From the NCBI RefSeq assembly GCF_000143415.4, contig NW_003314329.1, positions 267,421 to 331,420 of the forward strand: a stretch of DNA of 64,000 nt. The letters run 5' to 3'. The notes below the pieces were generated by a model that saw only the letters and a list, made by a program, of their open reading frames with translations, was not told the DNA's origin and did no database searches. Position 1 is the stretch's first letter; each line of letters starts with the position of its first letter. A program made the translations under genes and the position numbers. Below, piece by piece: positions 24,815-37,405 of the stretch. The stretch comes from Selaginella moellendorffii. Its lineage: Eukaryota; Plantae; Lycopodiophyta.

Positions 24815-26407
24815 CTAGAGCAGCAGTTTGTTGCTTGGCAGCTCCACCACTTGCTTGAAGTACTTGACCGGTATGGAGCCACTGCTGAAGATCAAGCCAT
24901 TCTCTGACGTGTAGAACTCGATCCTCCTGTCCTTGCGAGCTTTCTGGAAGTTGACGGTGATGAGAACCTCGCTGGAGTTGCGCATGCTACTCGCGATCTC
25001 CGCGTCCGGCACTGCCATCACCAGATACATCGGGTTCGAGCTCGGAGCCGTGAGGCCATTCTTCATGATCTCCTCCAGTTCCTGCTTGGATGTGCCGTAG
25101 ACACAAACCGGGGACTTCTCGATCTTCTGGAACAGCTGCTCGGTCTCACCATCAGGTGGCACTGGTTCCTGGGGTGCTCCGATGTAAAGCGCTCCGGTTT
25201 CGTCCACCATCTTGGCCAACTTTTTAGTCAGCTTGTCCACCGCCTTGATCGCCTCGGCAGCAGTGTGGGAGCTGAGAGGTACACCTGACTTTGTCATGAA
25301 ATCCAGCTCCAGCAGCTCCTTGAGCTTGCAAAAACCGTCGGGTCGCATCTCCAAGTTAGGATGAAGAACTGGCTGACGCAAAACCTTTAGCAGCGCACGG
25401 GCAAGTGCTTTGATCCTCCCTCTTTCACTCGGTTGCTCATTCCTCCCCGTCTCTTTCTTCGCCACCTTTTCCATCTCTTCCACTGGCTCTTCCCGATTCT
25501 TTTCCATCTCTGGAATGAGCCAGCGGACCTTCTTTACCCTCTCTTCCACTGGCTCTTCCCGATCGCTCGCCTTCGTTTCCACTGGCTCGTCCTGATCATT
25601 CACCTTCGTTTCCATCTCTTGGTCACTCACCTTCGTTTCCATCTCTTCCATTTCATCCTGGTCACTCACCTTCGTTTCCATCGCTTCCACCAGATTACTT
25701 ACCTTCGTTTCCATCGCTTCATCCGGATCCACCACATTCGTTTCCTCATCCGGATCCAGATCGACCACATTCTTGTCCTCTATTGGCGGATCATCAACTA
25801 GAACCGTCTCCACCGGCCGAACATTCTTCTCGAGCACCATCTCGAACATCCGCTTCCGATTACCCTTCTTCGCGACCGGGAAGTTCTCGAAAAACCTCGC
25901 ACGGATGGCCGGCCTCACGTCCTCGACTTCGCGCTTGGCAAGACCCTCGAGAAACGGCATAAGATCCAGCAGCACCCGGTCCTTCCGCAGATCAGTCCGA
26001 TTGAACGTTGGGATGATCACAACGTTGTCGGAGTGGCTGTCGTACTTGGAGCACGAATCGTCCACAGCGATCACCTGGTCCATGGGCCATTGCAGGATCC
26101 TCAAGTCCTTGGTCTTGCCATGGATCCCATTGCCGCACGAATCGAGGAAGAACCTGTGCGAGAAGCGGTGCTCATCCGGCTCCAGCGCGTCCAGCACCTT
26201 GTCAGTGACGCCCCGCGAGCGAGTGGTGTAGGGAATCAGCACGAACAGCTCCGCCATGCGCTTGAGAAACGCATCCAGATGAGGGCGCTTGATAGGCGTC
26301 TTGGACTTGCCGGTATCCAGGCGTATCTTCGATGACTCGGGCAGCTTGGAACTCAGCCGAGTCTCACAGACCATCAAGTCCCACACCTCGAAAACCAAGG
26401 CCTTCAT
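24815..26407 (-). CDS. Intronless 530-aa chimera: degenerate FCP1/SCP (NIF, HAD-like) domain + acidic repeat linker + degenerate tRNA 2'-phosphotransferase (Tpt1/KptA) domain
   Basis: N-term: KRPHLDAFL, KVLDALEP, FSHRFFLDSC, KDLRIL, VIAVDDS, DRVLLDLMPFLEGL..VEDVR. C-term: LLKVLRQ, MRPDGFCKLKELL, PVCVYGT, IMKNGL, FYTSENGLIFSSG.IPVKYF. Telo-box AAACCCTAG at 26431. Confidence 0.8.
   Translation of the reverse strand: MKALVFEVWDLMVCETRLSSKLPESSKIRLDTGKSKTPIKRPHLDAFLKRMAELFVLIPYTTRSRGVTDKVLDALEPDEHRFSHRFFLDSCGNGIHGKTKDLRILQWPMDQVIAVDDSCSKYDSHSDNVVIIPTFNRTDLRKDRVLLDLMPFLEGLAKREVEDVRPAIRARFFENFPVAKKGNRKRMFEMVLEKNVRPVETVLVDDPPIEDKNVVDLDPDEETNVVDPDEAMETKVSNLVEAMETKVSDQDEMEEMETKVSDQEMETKVNDQDEPVETKASDREEPVEERVKKVRWLIPEMEKNREEPVEEMEKVAKKETGRNEQPSERGRIKALARALLKVLRQPVLHPNLEMRPDGFCKLKELLELDFMTKSGVPLSSHTAAEAIKAVDKLTKKLAKMVDETGALYIGAPQEPVPPDGETEQLFQKIEKSPVCVYGTSKQELEEIMKNGLTAPSSNPMYLVMAVPDAEIASSMRNSSEVLITVNFQKARKDRRIEFYTSENGLIFSSGSIPVKYFKQVVELPSNKLLL
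25480..25760 (-). repeat. Coding tandem repeat (24-33 bp units, METKVSDQE / EEPVEE)
   Basis: Repeated caccttcgtttccatc and ccactggctcttcccgat units inside the chimeric ORF. Confidence 0.85.
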
Positions 26408-27189
26408 CGCTTCTCCTTCTCCCTCTCCTAAAACCCTAGAGCTGTTTGCTTGGATTGTGCATTTCTATTTCTCTCTTTTTAAAAGGGTCTGTCTTTTAAC
26501 AGAGTTCGAGTTTGTTTCCAGATATGGTTGCCAAGGAAGAAATGCATTAACATTGTCCATGGCGCTCCTTTGCGCTCCTTCCTGTTGTTTCAGTATAGAG
26601 GTCACCAGGTTGCTGCTACGCTACTGGCGATGTATATAAAGCTGGCAGCGACTCTTGGGGCGACTTCCAGCCGATCTAACAGCTTCTCGCCAACTTTGAA
26701 GGCCCGCTTGGTATAGGTAACTATATTCTTCTTGCGATCTGGAGAGGGCTACGTCAAGGCGGAGGGCTACAGCCTCAATTCTAGGATGAACGTGAAAATG
26801 TTATATGCTGGAACGCTCACTCCTTTTCTTCCTTTCTCCCTAAATGGCAATACAAAAAAGTGTTACCTTAGTCAGACCAAATCTCCAGGCAGGAACGTCT
26901 CCCCTCGCTGGCAGGAATGATCCAAAGCAGCCCGATGCTGTGATATTTGAATACGGAACATCGCAAGCTCTCGATCCTTGTCCCCGCTCGTTGTGTAGTG
27001 GAAGTGACTGATGTTGACGAAGATGGATCGGCTTCCTCTGTGGAGACTCTATATGTTGGCAAGCACAGCTGGATCAGCAACACTACCTCAAGGCCATATA
27101 CCAAACTAAACGGTGTAAACCTTTCTCTGTTGTATGATATTTGTGATCTCTATTTGCCCGTTTCCTTGAGGCCAGTACGAACTTGACTT

Positions 27190-30100
27190 TAAGTGTGAAA
27201 CTCCCAACTTCTAACCAAATCAGCCACAACTAAGCCGAGAAAGTGTGATCCACGATCAGACAGGAGGATACGAGGTACTCTATATGAGTATATATAAAGT
27301 TTGCTGTGGTAACTTGATTTGCCGCTGCATAAGAGATTGTCTCAACCCATTTGGTAACACTGTCAGTACCTGCAATGATGTACGCATGACGATTAGAAGC
27401 CAATGGGAAAGGTCCTGCATAATCAAGGCTCCACCTTGAGAATGGCGCCTCCGGTGCAATAGGATGTAGTGGGAGCTTTCCCTTCAGGCAGACGACCTCA
27501 AATCGCTCGCAAGGTTGGCAGCGTTGAACAAAACGAGTACTATCCGCATATAGAGTCAGCCAGAAATACAACACCTTTTTGCTGGTCGTTAGAGCAGCAA
27601 AATGACCACCACAATCATGGACCGCAGCTAGCACCTTCTCTGCTTCCTCTGCGTCAATTCATCGTAACAATGTGCCATCCTCTTGCCGTCGGTACAGAAT
27701 ATCATCCACTAGGAGGAATTTAGCCGCTTGCTGAAAAAGTTGATGTCATTCCCGTTTTGACAAATGCTAGCATGGATCCCCCAATAAATAGCCAGTAAAT
27801 CTTTGTACCAAGCCGTGCAGCACTGGACAAAAGAGCTTAGAGGAAGTTTGTTGACACAATGTGGACCAGTAAAACGTGTTGGTGATAATGAAGGAGATCA
27901 TATAACGGCATTGCCAACGCTGCGTAACCACATATGAACAAGAAACCAATCCCTCCCAAGAACCTTCGTAATTGTGACAAAGTGGACGGTAAGGGACTTG
28001 AGCAAGTTGCTCCACTTTGGGCCGATGCCCCGTGCACTGACAAGGTGCCCCAATAGCCTCCCTTCTGGTACAAAGAACTGGCACTTTTGTGGGTTGAGCT
28101 GGACACGAAAAATTCAACACCATTGAAGAATTTCTCTGCTAGTGCCTGTGGCAAAGTCGTCCATATAGATATGGAGGTAGTGCATTCACCAATCAGAGAA
28201 CCGCAAAAACAGGTCTTAAGTTGATCTTGAGACAAATCGGGATCAAAGCACACCGAGTTAGTGGACAGAACAGGAAAACCCTAATGTCCGTGTGTCGTGT
28301 AACACTCACCCCCAAACCGAAGCCACTCACCAAACTGCATAAGACAGTGGCACCCTGGCCATCCAACATCTCGGGACAGAGGACATGCTAGCTGACCTTC
28401 TCACCAAGCCGTTGGGGCCACATTAGTTTCAGCTCATGTATGTAGTGAAATTGGACTTCAATGTGCTTCAAGAGAGCATGGTGGATGGGGTTTTTGGACA
28501 TGGCAATGCTGCTTCAATTGTCACACCAAGAAGTAGTGGGGCCAACTTGTGCACATCCCAACTCAGCAAATAACCCTCAATCCCAAACCACATCCCTGCT
28601 ACCAGTAGTGAGTGCGATGTACTCTACTTTTCCACTAGAAAGTGCCACCATAGATTGTCACTTGGAGGCCCATGTGATGGCACCTCCTGAGAAGGAAAGG
28701 CAAATGCTAGAAGTCAAGCGATGGCCTTTGTTGTTGGCAAAATTAACATTTGTGTAGCATGTCAATGATGCATCACCCCTTGAATAAGCAATGCTATAGT
28801 CCATAGTGCCCCGGAGGTATCTCACGATACGCTTGGCAGCTTGCCAATGTATGGTGGTTGGTGATGTGTTGTATTGACTCAAAGCAATAGTCACATATGT
28901 GATGTCAGGGCGAGTCATCAAAGCCAAATACATGAGGCAACCAATGAGATGCCGATAGAGAGTCCCAATGGGTAGAGGCTCACCAAACTGCTCAATTGTG
29001 AGTTCAATAACACCAGCGACCATCGGGGTCTTGATAGGGTGGCAATCACACATACCAAACCGATCCAGCAAGACTTTGACTTTACGTCGTTAGCTAAGCA
29101 TGTAGCCACTAGACTCAAGATCACATGTGACTTCAAAGCCAAGAAAGTAAGAAACTTGGCCAAGGTCCTTCATCTAGAATTGCTGGCTGAGAGCAGCGTT
29201 TAGAGCAGCAATGGCATCAGTGTCATCACCCATGATGAGCAAATCATTAACGTAGAGGGCCATAATAAGCATGCTCTCAGCATGACCATTCACATATACA
29301 TTATGATCAGCATGGCAGCGACAAAAGCCCTAAGCAAGTAGGGTGGCATCAAATTTTTGATACCAGAGCTCTGTTTTAGGCCATACAAAACTTTCTGCAA
29401 TTGCCATATAGGGCCACCAGGGGCAGCATCGTCCTCAAAACTAGGAGGTATATGTATATAGGTGTCCTCTTGCAAATCCCTATTCAAAAATGCAATTTTG
29501 ACATCCATATGGTGGACTTGCCATTTGCGAGCAACCACAAGTGCATAAAGAGTATGGACGCTAGCCATTTTTACAACCGGTGAGAATGTTTTATTGTAGT
29601 CAAGGCCATGGACTTGGCAAAAACCACAAACAACAAACTGTGCCTTATAACATACAACTTGAACATCTTTCCCATACTCTTTGGAAAAAATCCATTTTGG
29701 ATCCAAAACACATTGCTGAATCAATTGGAACATAAGTTCTGTTAACCCGAATGGAAGAAACTTCTTCCGCAATGGCTTCCATCCAAGATGGAGCCTCAGG
29801 TCCTGAGACAGCCTCATCATAGGTCATGGGGATGCCGATGTCAAAAAGGCCACAAAAGTCATCAAACTCTGTAGCATTTGCTTTAGCATTTTCCCAGACT
29901 TTCAATAAGGGCCAACGTTCCCAAGGGTGATCAAGAACTGGCATTGGATTAGGCATGCCACAACGTTGACAAGGTGGTGGAGGTGTCTGAGGCTTGTCCT
30001 CAATTGGAGGAGCATCAATTGGTTCAAGCATGTCCAGAAGTGGAGGATTCCCCAATGGAATCTCTAGTGGCAACTCATGAATAAGATTTTGAGGTAGAGG

Positions 30101-33100
30101 TAAGAGTGGACCATTTCCCATAAGTGGGATTAAAGGAACAAGTCGAGTCTTAACAATGAAAAAAGGATCTTGAAGAACCTTTGTATGCATAGGAAAGTCA
30201 TCTTCATTGAACATGACGTCTGTGCTTACAAGAGCTTTGTGAGATGCAAGATCCCACAACTTGTAAGCTTTTCTCTTGATGGTGTTGTCCTGTGTATATC
30301 CCACAAAGATGAATTTTTTACTTTTGGGATTTAGCTTTTTCCGAAGTTGATCAGGGGTATGTGCGTATGCTGCAAAACCGAAGACCCGAAAGTGGGACAC
30401 ATCAGGAGTAGAACCTGTCCAAAATGCCTTAGGGGTTTTTCCATCCAAAGCAGCTGTGGCAAGGTGATTTTGGACATGCATTGCTATGGCTATAGCCTCT
30501 TGGCAAAACATCTTATCAAGATGTGCATTAACTAACAAAGCGTGAGTAATATTGACAAAAGTGCAATTCTTCTTTTTTGCAATACCATTTTGCTGGGGGG
30601 TGTAGTGGGTTGTGGCTTGCAATTGTATACTTATATCACAACAGATGCCCCAAAGCTCATTGTTGAGGTATTCACCACCAGCATCAACTTGAAGAGCTTT
30701 TATCTTTCAACCAAGGAGATTTTCAACATAGGCCTTGTACATTTGAAAAGCAACAACTGCATCATTCTTACACATCAAGAAGTGGATGCATGTTTGACAA
30801 CTATAGTCATCAATGAATGTGATGAAATATCTTGCACCATCGTGACTTGGCATATCCATAGGGTTTCATCTTGAATCCTATCTCTTGTTTCATGGTTTGT
30901 TGGGGATTGTAGATGGGATAGAGTCATCACTAGCTCTACGCTCTAGCGCTACTGAGGTGCGTGATTAGAACCTTTGGGATTCCAAGGCTAGAGGGAGTAT
31001 TGCGATGTGCTTGTCCTTGAATGTTCTCTTTGTTGCCCCATCGATTCCAAAGTCCATTGCGGTAGAGCTCTGGAAGTGGTTGAGCGACACCTACAGCACC
31101 AAGAGTGAAATGGATGTTTTCAACATTCATTTACAAATGGACTCCTTGAGGCTAAAGGAAAATGGCAATATCTAGACTCACACTACCAAGCTCCAAGTTT
31201 TTTTCACACAACTTGTGGCTGCTAGGGCAAAGCACTGTCTCACAGATGAGTAGCAGAGGCTGCGGCTCTACAAGTCTTTGCTAACTAGCTGGAAGAATGC
31301 AGTTGAGAGCTTGCTTCTCCAACCAGGGATGACTTGGGCAGATGCCACGAGGAGTCTTTGCAACATTGAGGCCATGCAAAGCGAGAGAGTGGAAATGTTG
31401 CAGGTTATATGTGCTTCACAGGCTTCTAGTGATGCTAGGGTGGCAAAATCGCATGCAACTGCAAATGCCCAGAGAGGGCAAAATTCCATGGCATCTGGGC
31501 ATGCCAAGCCCAGACTTCCAAGAATTAGTGCACTTGCTGCTTGGAGATGGGCCATTGGGCTTGAGATTGCATTGCTCCAAAGCATGTTAAGCAACTAGCT
31601 ACGGCGGCGAAAGCCAATCTACTTAAGGGTGATGGAATTGCTACAACAAATGAGGCTGTTGAGAAGCTCTACAATGCAGAGGCAATTGTAGCACCAAGCA
31701 GGTGGCTCCTAAACTCTAGTTGTACTAATCTTATGGGCAATAAGAAGAGTCTTTTTGAGTGTTATCATCCGAGCATTGGAAAATGTGGTGTTCATTTAAG
31801 TGACAATACCACTATCCCTGTGGAAGGCATTGGGCAATTTCAGCTCTCACTTGATCATGGGAGGACTATGGCCTTTGATAGTGCTATGCACATTTCCACC
31901 TTGCGACAAAACTTAATGTTTGTCGCTAAGATATGTGATCAAAATGCAGTGGTAGTTTTTGATGCAAAAGGAGTTTCTTTGGTTGACTCTAGCTTTCACA
32001 TACTTGGTACATAGTTGCTTTGTGGGTCATGCATTGGGGAATTCTATGAGATTACTACTGCTGACCAGGTTCAGGCCTTTCAAATTGTAGAGGCAGATTC
32101 TTGTACGGAGCTTTGGCATAAGAGACTTGGTCATGTCTATTACCAATCTCTTCAATAGATGAAATCCCAAGATATTGTTATTTTGTGAAACTTGTGTTTT
32201 AGACAAGCATCACTGCTGGAATTTCTGGCCGAGCAAGCATTGAGCAATTGGACTTTTGGACTTGGTTTATTCTAATCTTTGCAACCCTTCTCCATCAAAC
32301 TCGCGGATGGATGGTTTTCCTTCTATGGCGCTATCCCAGCTCTGTTACCATGAGACAAATCAGGATCAAAGCACACTGCACTAGTGGACAGAACAGGAAA
32401 ACCCTAATGTCCACGTGGCAAAGTGTGTCATATAACAAATCTATTTGAATCTAGTTATAACCTGAGAACCCATCCATAAAACTGTATACTTCCTTTCTGG
32501 CCACTACATCAAGAATAGCATCAACGAATGGAGTTGGGAAGTAATCATGTATAGTCACCTTGTTAAGAGCTCTAAAATCCACACACACTTGTAAGTTTCT
32601 ATTAGCTTTACATCCAGCACAATGGACGAAATCCAATCAGCAACCTCCACTAGATAGATAAAGTTGGATTGAAGTAGTTGTTAAATCTCTTGTTTGATAA
32701 GAGGCTCAAGAACAGGGTTGATCCGGCGAGCTGGTTGTTGAACTGGTATTGCATCAGGCTTGAGTAGAATACGGTGCATGAGGACAGGAGGATCTACTCC
32801 TCTCAAGTTCTTGTAACTCCACGCAAACACGTTCAAAAACTCCTTGAATAAAGCTTCCACAGATTCATGTTCCTCCAAAGACAAATGTGATCTGATAAAT
32901 AGCTGCTTCGACTCTGTGGTGTCATTGGAGAAATCGAGCTGAGTCAAGTATGGGTGGACAGCAATTGCATGGGCCCGGACATGCAAAATATCAACTAGAG
33001 AAGTACTGTCTGAAGTAGATAAAGATGCCTCCTCCAGAGCATTGTCAGCAACCAGCATTCATAAACCTTGCTTGGCCAAAGCGCCTGCAATTGCATTGGA

Positions 33101-35410
33101 TTCATGAGGGATTGCAATGATATCCCATCATTCTAATTGCTGCAGTAGGGAGAACAAGGTGAGAGCTATGAACTCTATATTCTCCTGTAACCTGTCATAT
33201 GAGAAGCTGAGAGTCTGATCGGAGACTCTACCAGCATATACTATGTTGCAAGGCCTTCTGAACTGCTTGAATCACAGTGTGATATTTGACTTCATTTGAG
33301 GATGATGCCATAACAACAGTGGAAAATCATGAGAATAATGTAGACCAACACCGCTCCGATACTTCCTCTGTTCAATACTTTTGAATATGCTCCATCACAA
33401 AACAAATAGCATGACAAGAATGATGAACCTGAGCCTTTCTCCAACAAACAATTAATACCGTTATCCATAGTCGTACCTTTTCAAGCGGTAGTAGAAAGAC
33501 ATAAAATATCTGCACTATGGAGAGAGGATAATGAGTCTGTGATGGCCCTCTGACATCCATATCTGACTCCATCATCCAGCTCTGCAGCACTGCATCCTCA
33601 CTCTCCCTTGTCTCATTGATAAGGAGAATATGGACCAAGTTTGTATGCTCCTGGAAGCTAGAGGTTGTTGAAGTGTCTACCATCCTGGATCAACCATTTC
33701 TATTATACAGTGTTGTGGTGATGCCCCCAGCAGAAATGTCCATTTGTCCATGGTCCCAATATGTGTGTGCCGAGACTCTGTCCAGCCATTCACACCACGA
33801 ATATGATTGTGCCGAATCTGCCTAAGCTCCATTGGGGAAGTCAACCACAAGGATGTCCAGGGGCATCCAAATTCCATTTACATCAACCATCGCATCTTTG
33901 ATGAGTCCTACTGGCTTCACTTGGTGTTGAGTGAATGTCTTGAGAATGACAGCAGTTTGAGCAGCAGAATCCAACTTGAGCTGGCAACAGACGTGTGTAG
34001 GCATGACGTTTGTCAAGGCACGAGACAGGAGAACAAAAGAATGCACCTGGATCAATCTGTCGTGGATGATTGACCACATGAACTCTTGCATGACGTAAAT
34101 TCTTTGTCAAAACCTGTGCCTCATCTCTAGAAGACATAAGTTCATTTAACAACTTCGGAGTGAGCTGAAGGAGTTGAGCCAAAGAGATGGATAGGTGCAA
34201 ACTTTTGAAATCTGCCACCAATGAATATGGTGGAACCTGGCAACTTGTTGAGGAACGACAGTGGACAGCACAGGATCTGCATTAGTTCTGGTCTTCATTG
34301 GTCCAAGAATTTCGGCTGCAACTTTCTTGGAATGAAAAGGTTCTCCAGCTTTAATGTGTTCTATCCTAGTTGTTATAAGCACTTTGACTGTGGACGAAGA
34401 AGTTGGCTCATCAGCAGCCTCTGGTTCCCAAAACAATTCAACCAATGAAATTTTTTTGTCCGTCAACAAACTTAACAAATCCTGAAGATTGGTCCTTGTG
34501 TTTGGATTGAAAGACTGGATGACCTCCCAAGCGAGGTGACATCAACACATCCAAGACATCTGGTTGATCCACTAGATCACATTGTCCCTGTTGATGCTTT
34601 CCAAGGCCCATTCCTTCTGACCAGCCATTCTTCTTAAGCATTTGATACTCCTTGTTGTCACAATGGATGCTGGCTTTCCAATTGACAAATCAACCAGACA
34701 AATTGACTTCTCCATGTGAACGTGATTCACAGCTGAAACAATAGATGATGAACTAGCACTTGAGGTCATTCCCCCTTTCTGTGATGTGGTGGCATGATCT
34801 GGAAGTGTTTGTGGAGGTAGACCTGTGTAGTTGGCAGAGGAGGTAAGGCCAACTATGCTGCTGATGGAAGCCTGTGCTGTTGTTGAACTTGGGTTTCACA
34901 AAACAACGATCCTCTGTGTGTCCAGGTTTCCCGCATAGAAACAGAAAATTGGGGACTGATATGGTGCTGGATACACCATTGGTTGCCAAGCCTGCATACT
35001 TGGTGACAATCCTGGAGCCGGTGGTGGTGGCCACTGAGGGGGATTGTGATAACCAGGAGGCGCAGTAGTCTGATACTCCGATGGGAACCACGTCCTCGAC
35101 CTCGTGGTCTATGGTAACTGTTCACCTGATAAACCAGGGAGAAAAGGACAGCCAGAGAGAGCACTGAGAAAGCAAAACCAGGGAGAAAAGGAAACCAATG
35201 AGAGCACTACTGAAACAAGTGCAAACCAGGGAGAAAGACCAGCGGGAGCTCTAGGGAAACGAATGAGAGAGGGGCTGTGGGCTTATATGAACGAAGAATA
35301 TTGTATATTCTAAGGAGTGAAAACTACCATAGCTCCAGCATGTGTCTTTAGTCTTGAGTGAACTATGTGTGAGATGGAGACAACAAAAATTAGAGTGCTG
35401 CGTCACAAGG
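27190..35410 (-). mobile_element. Degenerate Ty3/Gypsy (Tat-like) retrotransposon, 3'-truncated and interrupted by a Copia element
   Basis: Minus-strand order: putative 5' LTR (about 35130-35410), zinc knuckle CGKPGHTEDRC (~34920), G-patch (~34600), protease IDPGA (~34050), RNase HI-like (~33060-33410), RT DFRALNKVT/FMDGFSGYN (32440-32640, resuming at 28227), integrase HDCGGHF..CQPC..WSLDYAGPF (27230-27634). Many stops and frameshifts. Confidence 0.85.
28228..32437 (-). mobile_element. Ty1/Copia retrotransposon, degenerate, with very short LTRs
   Basis: LTRs at 28228-28304 and 32351-32437 (TG..CA), PBS TGGTAACAGAGC (Met-i-like), PPT GGGGGTGAG, TSD gatct/aatct; integrase YTPQQNG, RT HMDVKIAFL/LYGLKQS, RNase H. 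Confidence 0.9.
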
Positions 35411-36160
35411 GAGGAATTAATCTGGGCCGGCTTATAGTCAAGGAATTTTGAATTTGATCGTTGCAAGGCAAATCTATGTCAATGATGTCAATTAAGGCAC
35501 ATGCCAATGGCTCCCGCCAGGATCTCGTCTCTTCCACCGCTCACTTTGCAGGGGTTCATCGATGATCTCTGCGATCGTGAGTGTCCCGGAGACTAAATTT
35601 GCCCAGATCGGAAATCTGGACCGATACCAGGAACTGTCTCCGAAGATGCCGCGGGAAAAGTTGGGCAGTTAACGGCGTAATTTCAACGCAAATGTATGAA
35701 ATGCGTCGTGAAACCAAAAAAATAAGATGTTTCTGGCGTCTGCATATGCCCATTCTCGTTATCTTGTTTGGTGATGAATTCACGAACTTTGGCAATGGCG
35801 CACAATCCTCCGCTTAATGACCAGCACACAAGCCCGGACGCATCAGCATCCAGCACCGCCAAGTCACAAACGCTGCAAATCTGCCCGGCCACCTCCGGCA
35901 CGAACCGCACAGACCGCAGCAGGGGCACGACACCGCCCGCGTAGATGGGCGTAAACGTTGCTCCCCACACCACAAACGGGTTCCTCTCCGTCGTAGTTGA
36001 TCTTGTTCTCGTCGAGGGGGTTCCTCTCGCACGAGGACCTGCTTCGAATTGGCCACCATCTCACCACTCTCACAGAACCATTAAGCACCGCGATGAAGCT
36101 GGCGAGGCGATTGCTAGACATGAATCCAAACCAGACCGCCAGAGACAATGAGAATTGGAA
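35130..36160. repeat. Segment with an inverted homologous copy at about 53860-54510
   Basis: Shared blocks such as gattaattcctcccttgtgacgcagcac, tttctccctggttttgctttctcagtgct and gaggaacccgtttgtggtgtggggagcaacgtttacgcc. Confidence 0.85.
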
Positions 36161-36660
36161 TGCCCCAAATTTCTCCAGAAAGAGAATATAGACCGATACT
36201 AGGAAGTGTTTCTGGAGATACCAATTGCGTTTTAAAACTTGATCATTAAAATGTATGCTATGTGGGGCAAAACCAATATATCATGAGAAGTAGAAGGATC
36301 CCAAAGCAAAATAGCCTCCTGTGGAAAGCGGTGTTTTCTGCATATCCAAGAAAAACAAAAACTTTGAGAGGCTGTCGTTTCTCTACCTGATAACCTGAAA
36401 TTGGACAAGCTGTCGAAGATGCTGAAGATCGCAGATGAGAAACGACCTCAGTGCTGTCGAAGTTACTTCAGACAGTGAGCATACGCAACAGCTACTGGTA
36501 ACTCATACCAGACGGAGAGTCTGTTGTTGAGTTTGTCTTTCCATCTCAAATTATAATTATTGGTGGTTATCTTATTTAAATTGTAACGAACAAAAACAGT
36601 AAAAAATTTAAAATGTGAATTTTCGTATTAATGCTATTTTATGTTCCAAACTTCAAGCTA

Positions 36661-37405
36661 TTACAGCTCATTCAAATCCCCTTCACATGCAAGTAATATT
36701 GGAAGTTTCACACTTGGACTACTGTTCTTTTGTTCAAATCTCGTTGGTGAAAATATAAGGCTGTGTCCATAACCTGCTACATCTTTTTCCAATTTGTACA
36801 ACTCTTCGCCCGCACCGAAGTTGCCCAAGAGCTGATAATTTTCTTGGGAACCATCCATCGTAATACAAAAATCATCATTGCAAGCTGCGTTCTCCAGTTG
36901 AGTATTGTACAAAAAGTCCAAGACAGCTCTCATTTCCTTGTCAAATTCGTAGAATGGTCCCTTCTTCAGCTTTAGCTTGCCAAACTTTGATACTCCCTCT
37001 CCTAATTCTACCATAGCACCTCTATAGTTCTACACCGAGCACAGCTGTGTCAGTTCTTTTCTTTGAGCTTGTGATAAAAAGCTTTACCTGGTTGAGAAGA
37101 TGGTAGAGTCCAACCGAAGATTGCAGCAAAGCATGAAGAAGAGTTCGCTGAGGTTCCTCTGCGTCATTCCAGAGCGCCTCAAATATGTCGTGGCACTTGT
37201 AATAATCCCTCTTGTTGAACATGTCCACGGCATCGCTGAAACTCTCCTCAAAAGCTTCACTTTCCTCCCATCTCCATCCCCTTGCAATCATCCTCTGGGT
37301 ATGTACTTGCCTTAAGGCCAATCGACAGCAAGCAACAGGAAAACGGCCGGAGAGTTGCCTGCTGCATACAGGATTGCACCACCAGAACAAGGACCTCGAT
37401 GACAT
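36661..37405 (-). CDS. DUF309-domain protein, 2 exons; start uncertain
   Basis: FNKRDYYKCHDIFEALW..LHALLQSSVGLYHLLNQ|NYRGAMVELGEG. Confidence 0.8.
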
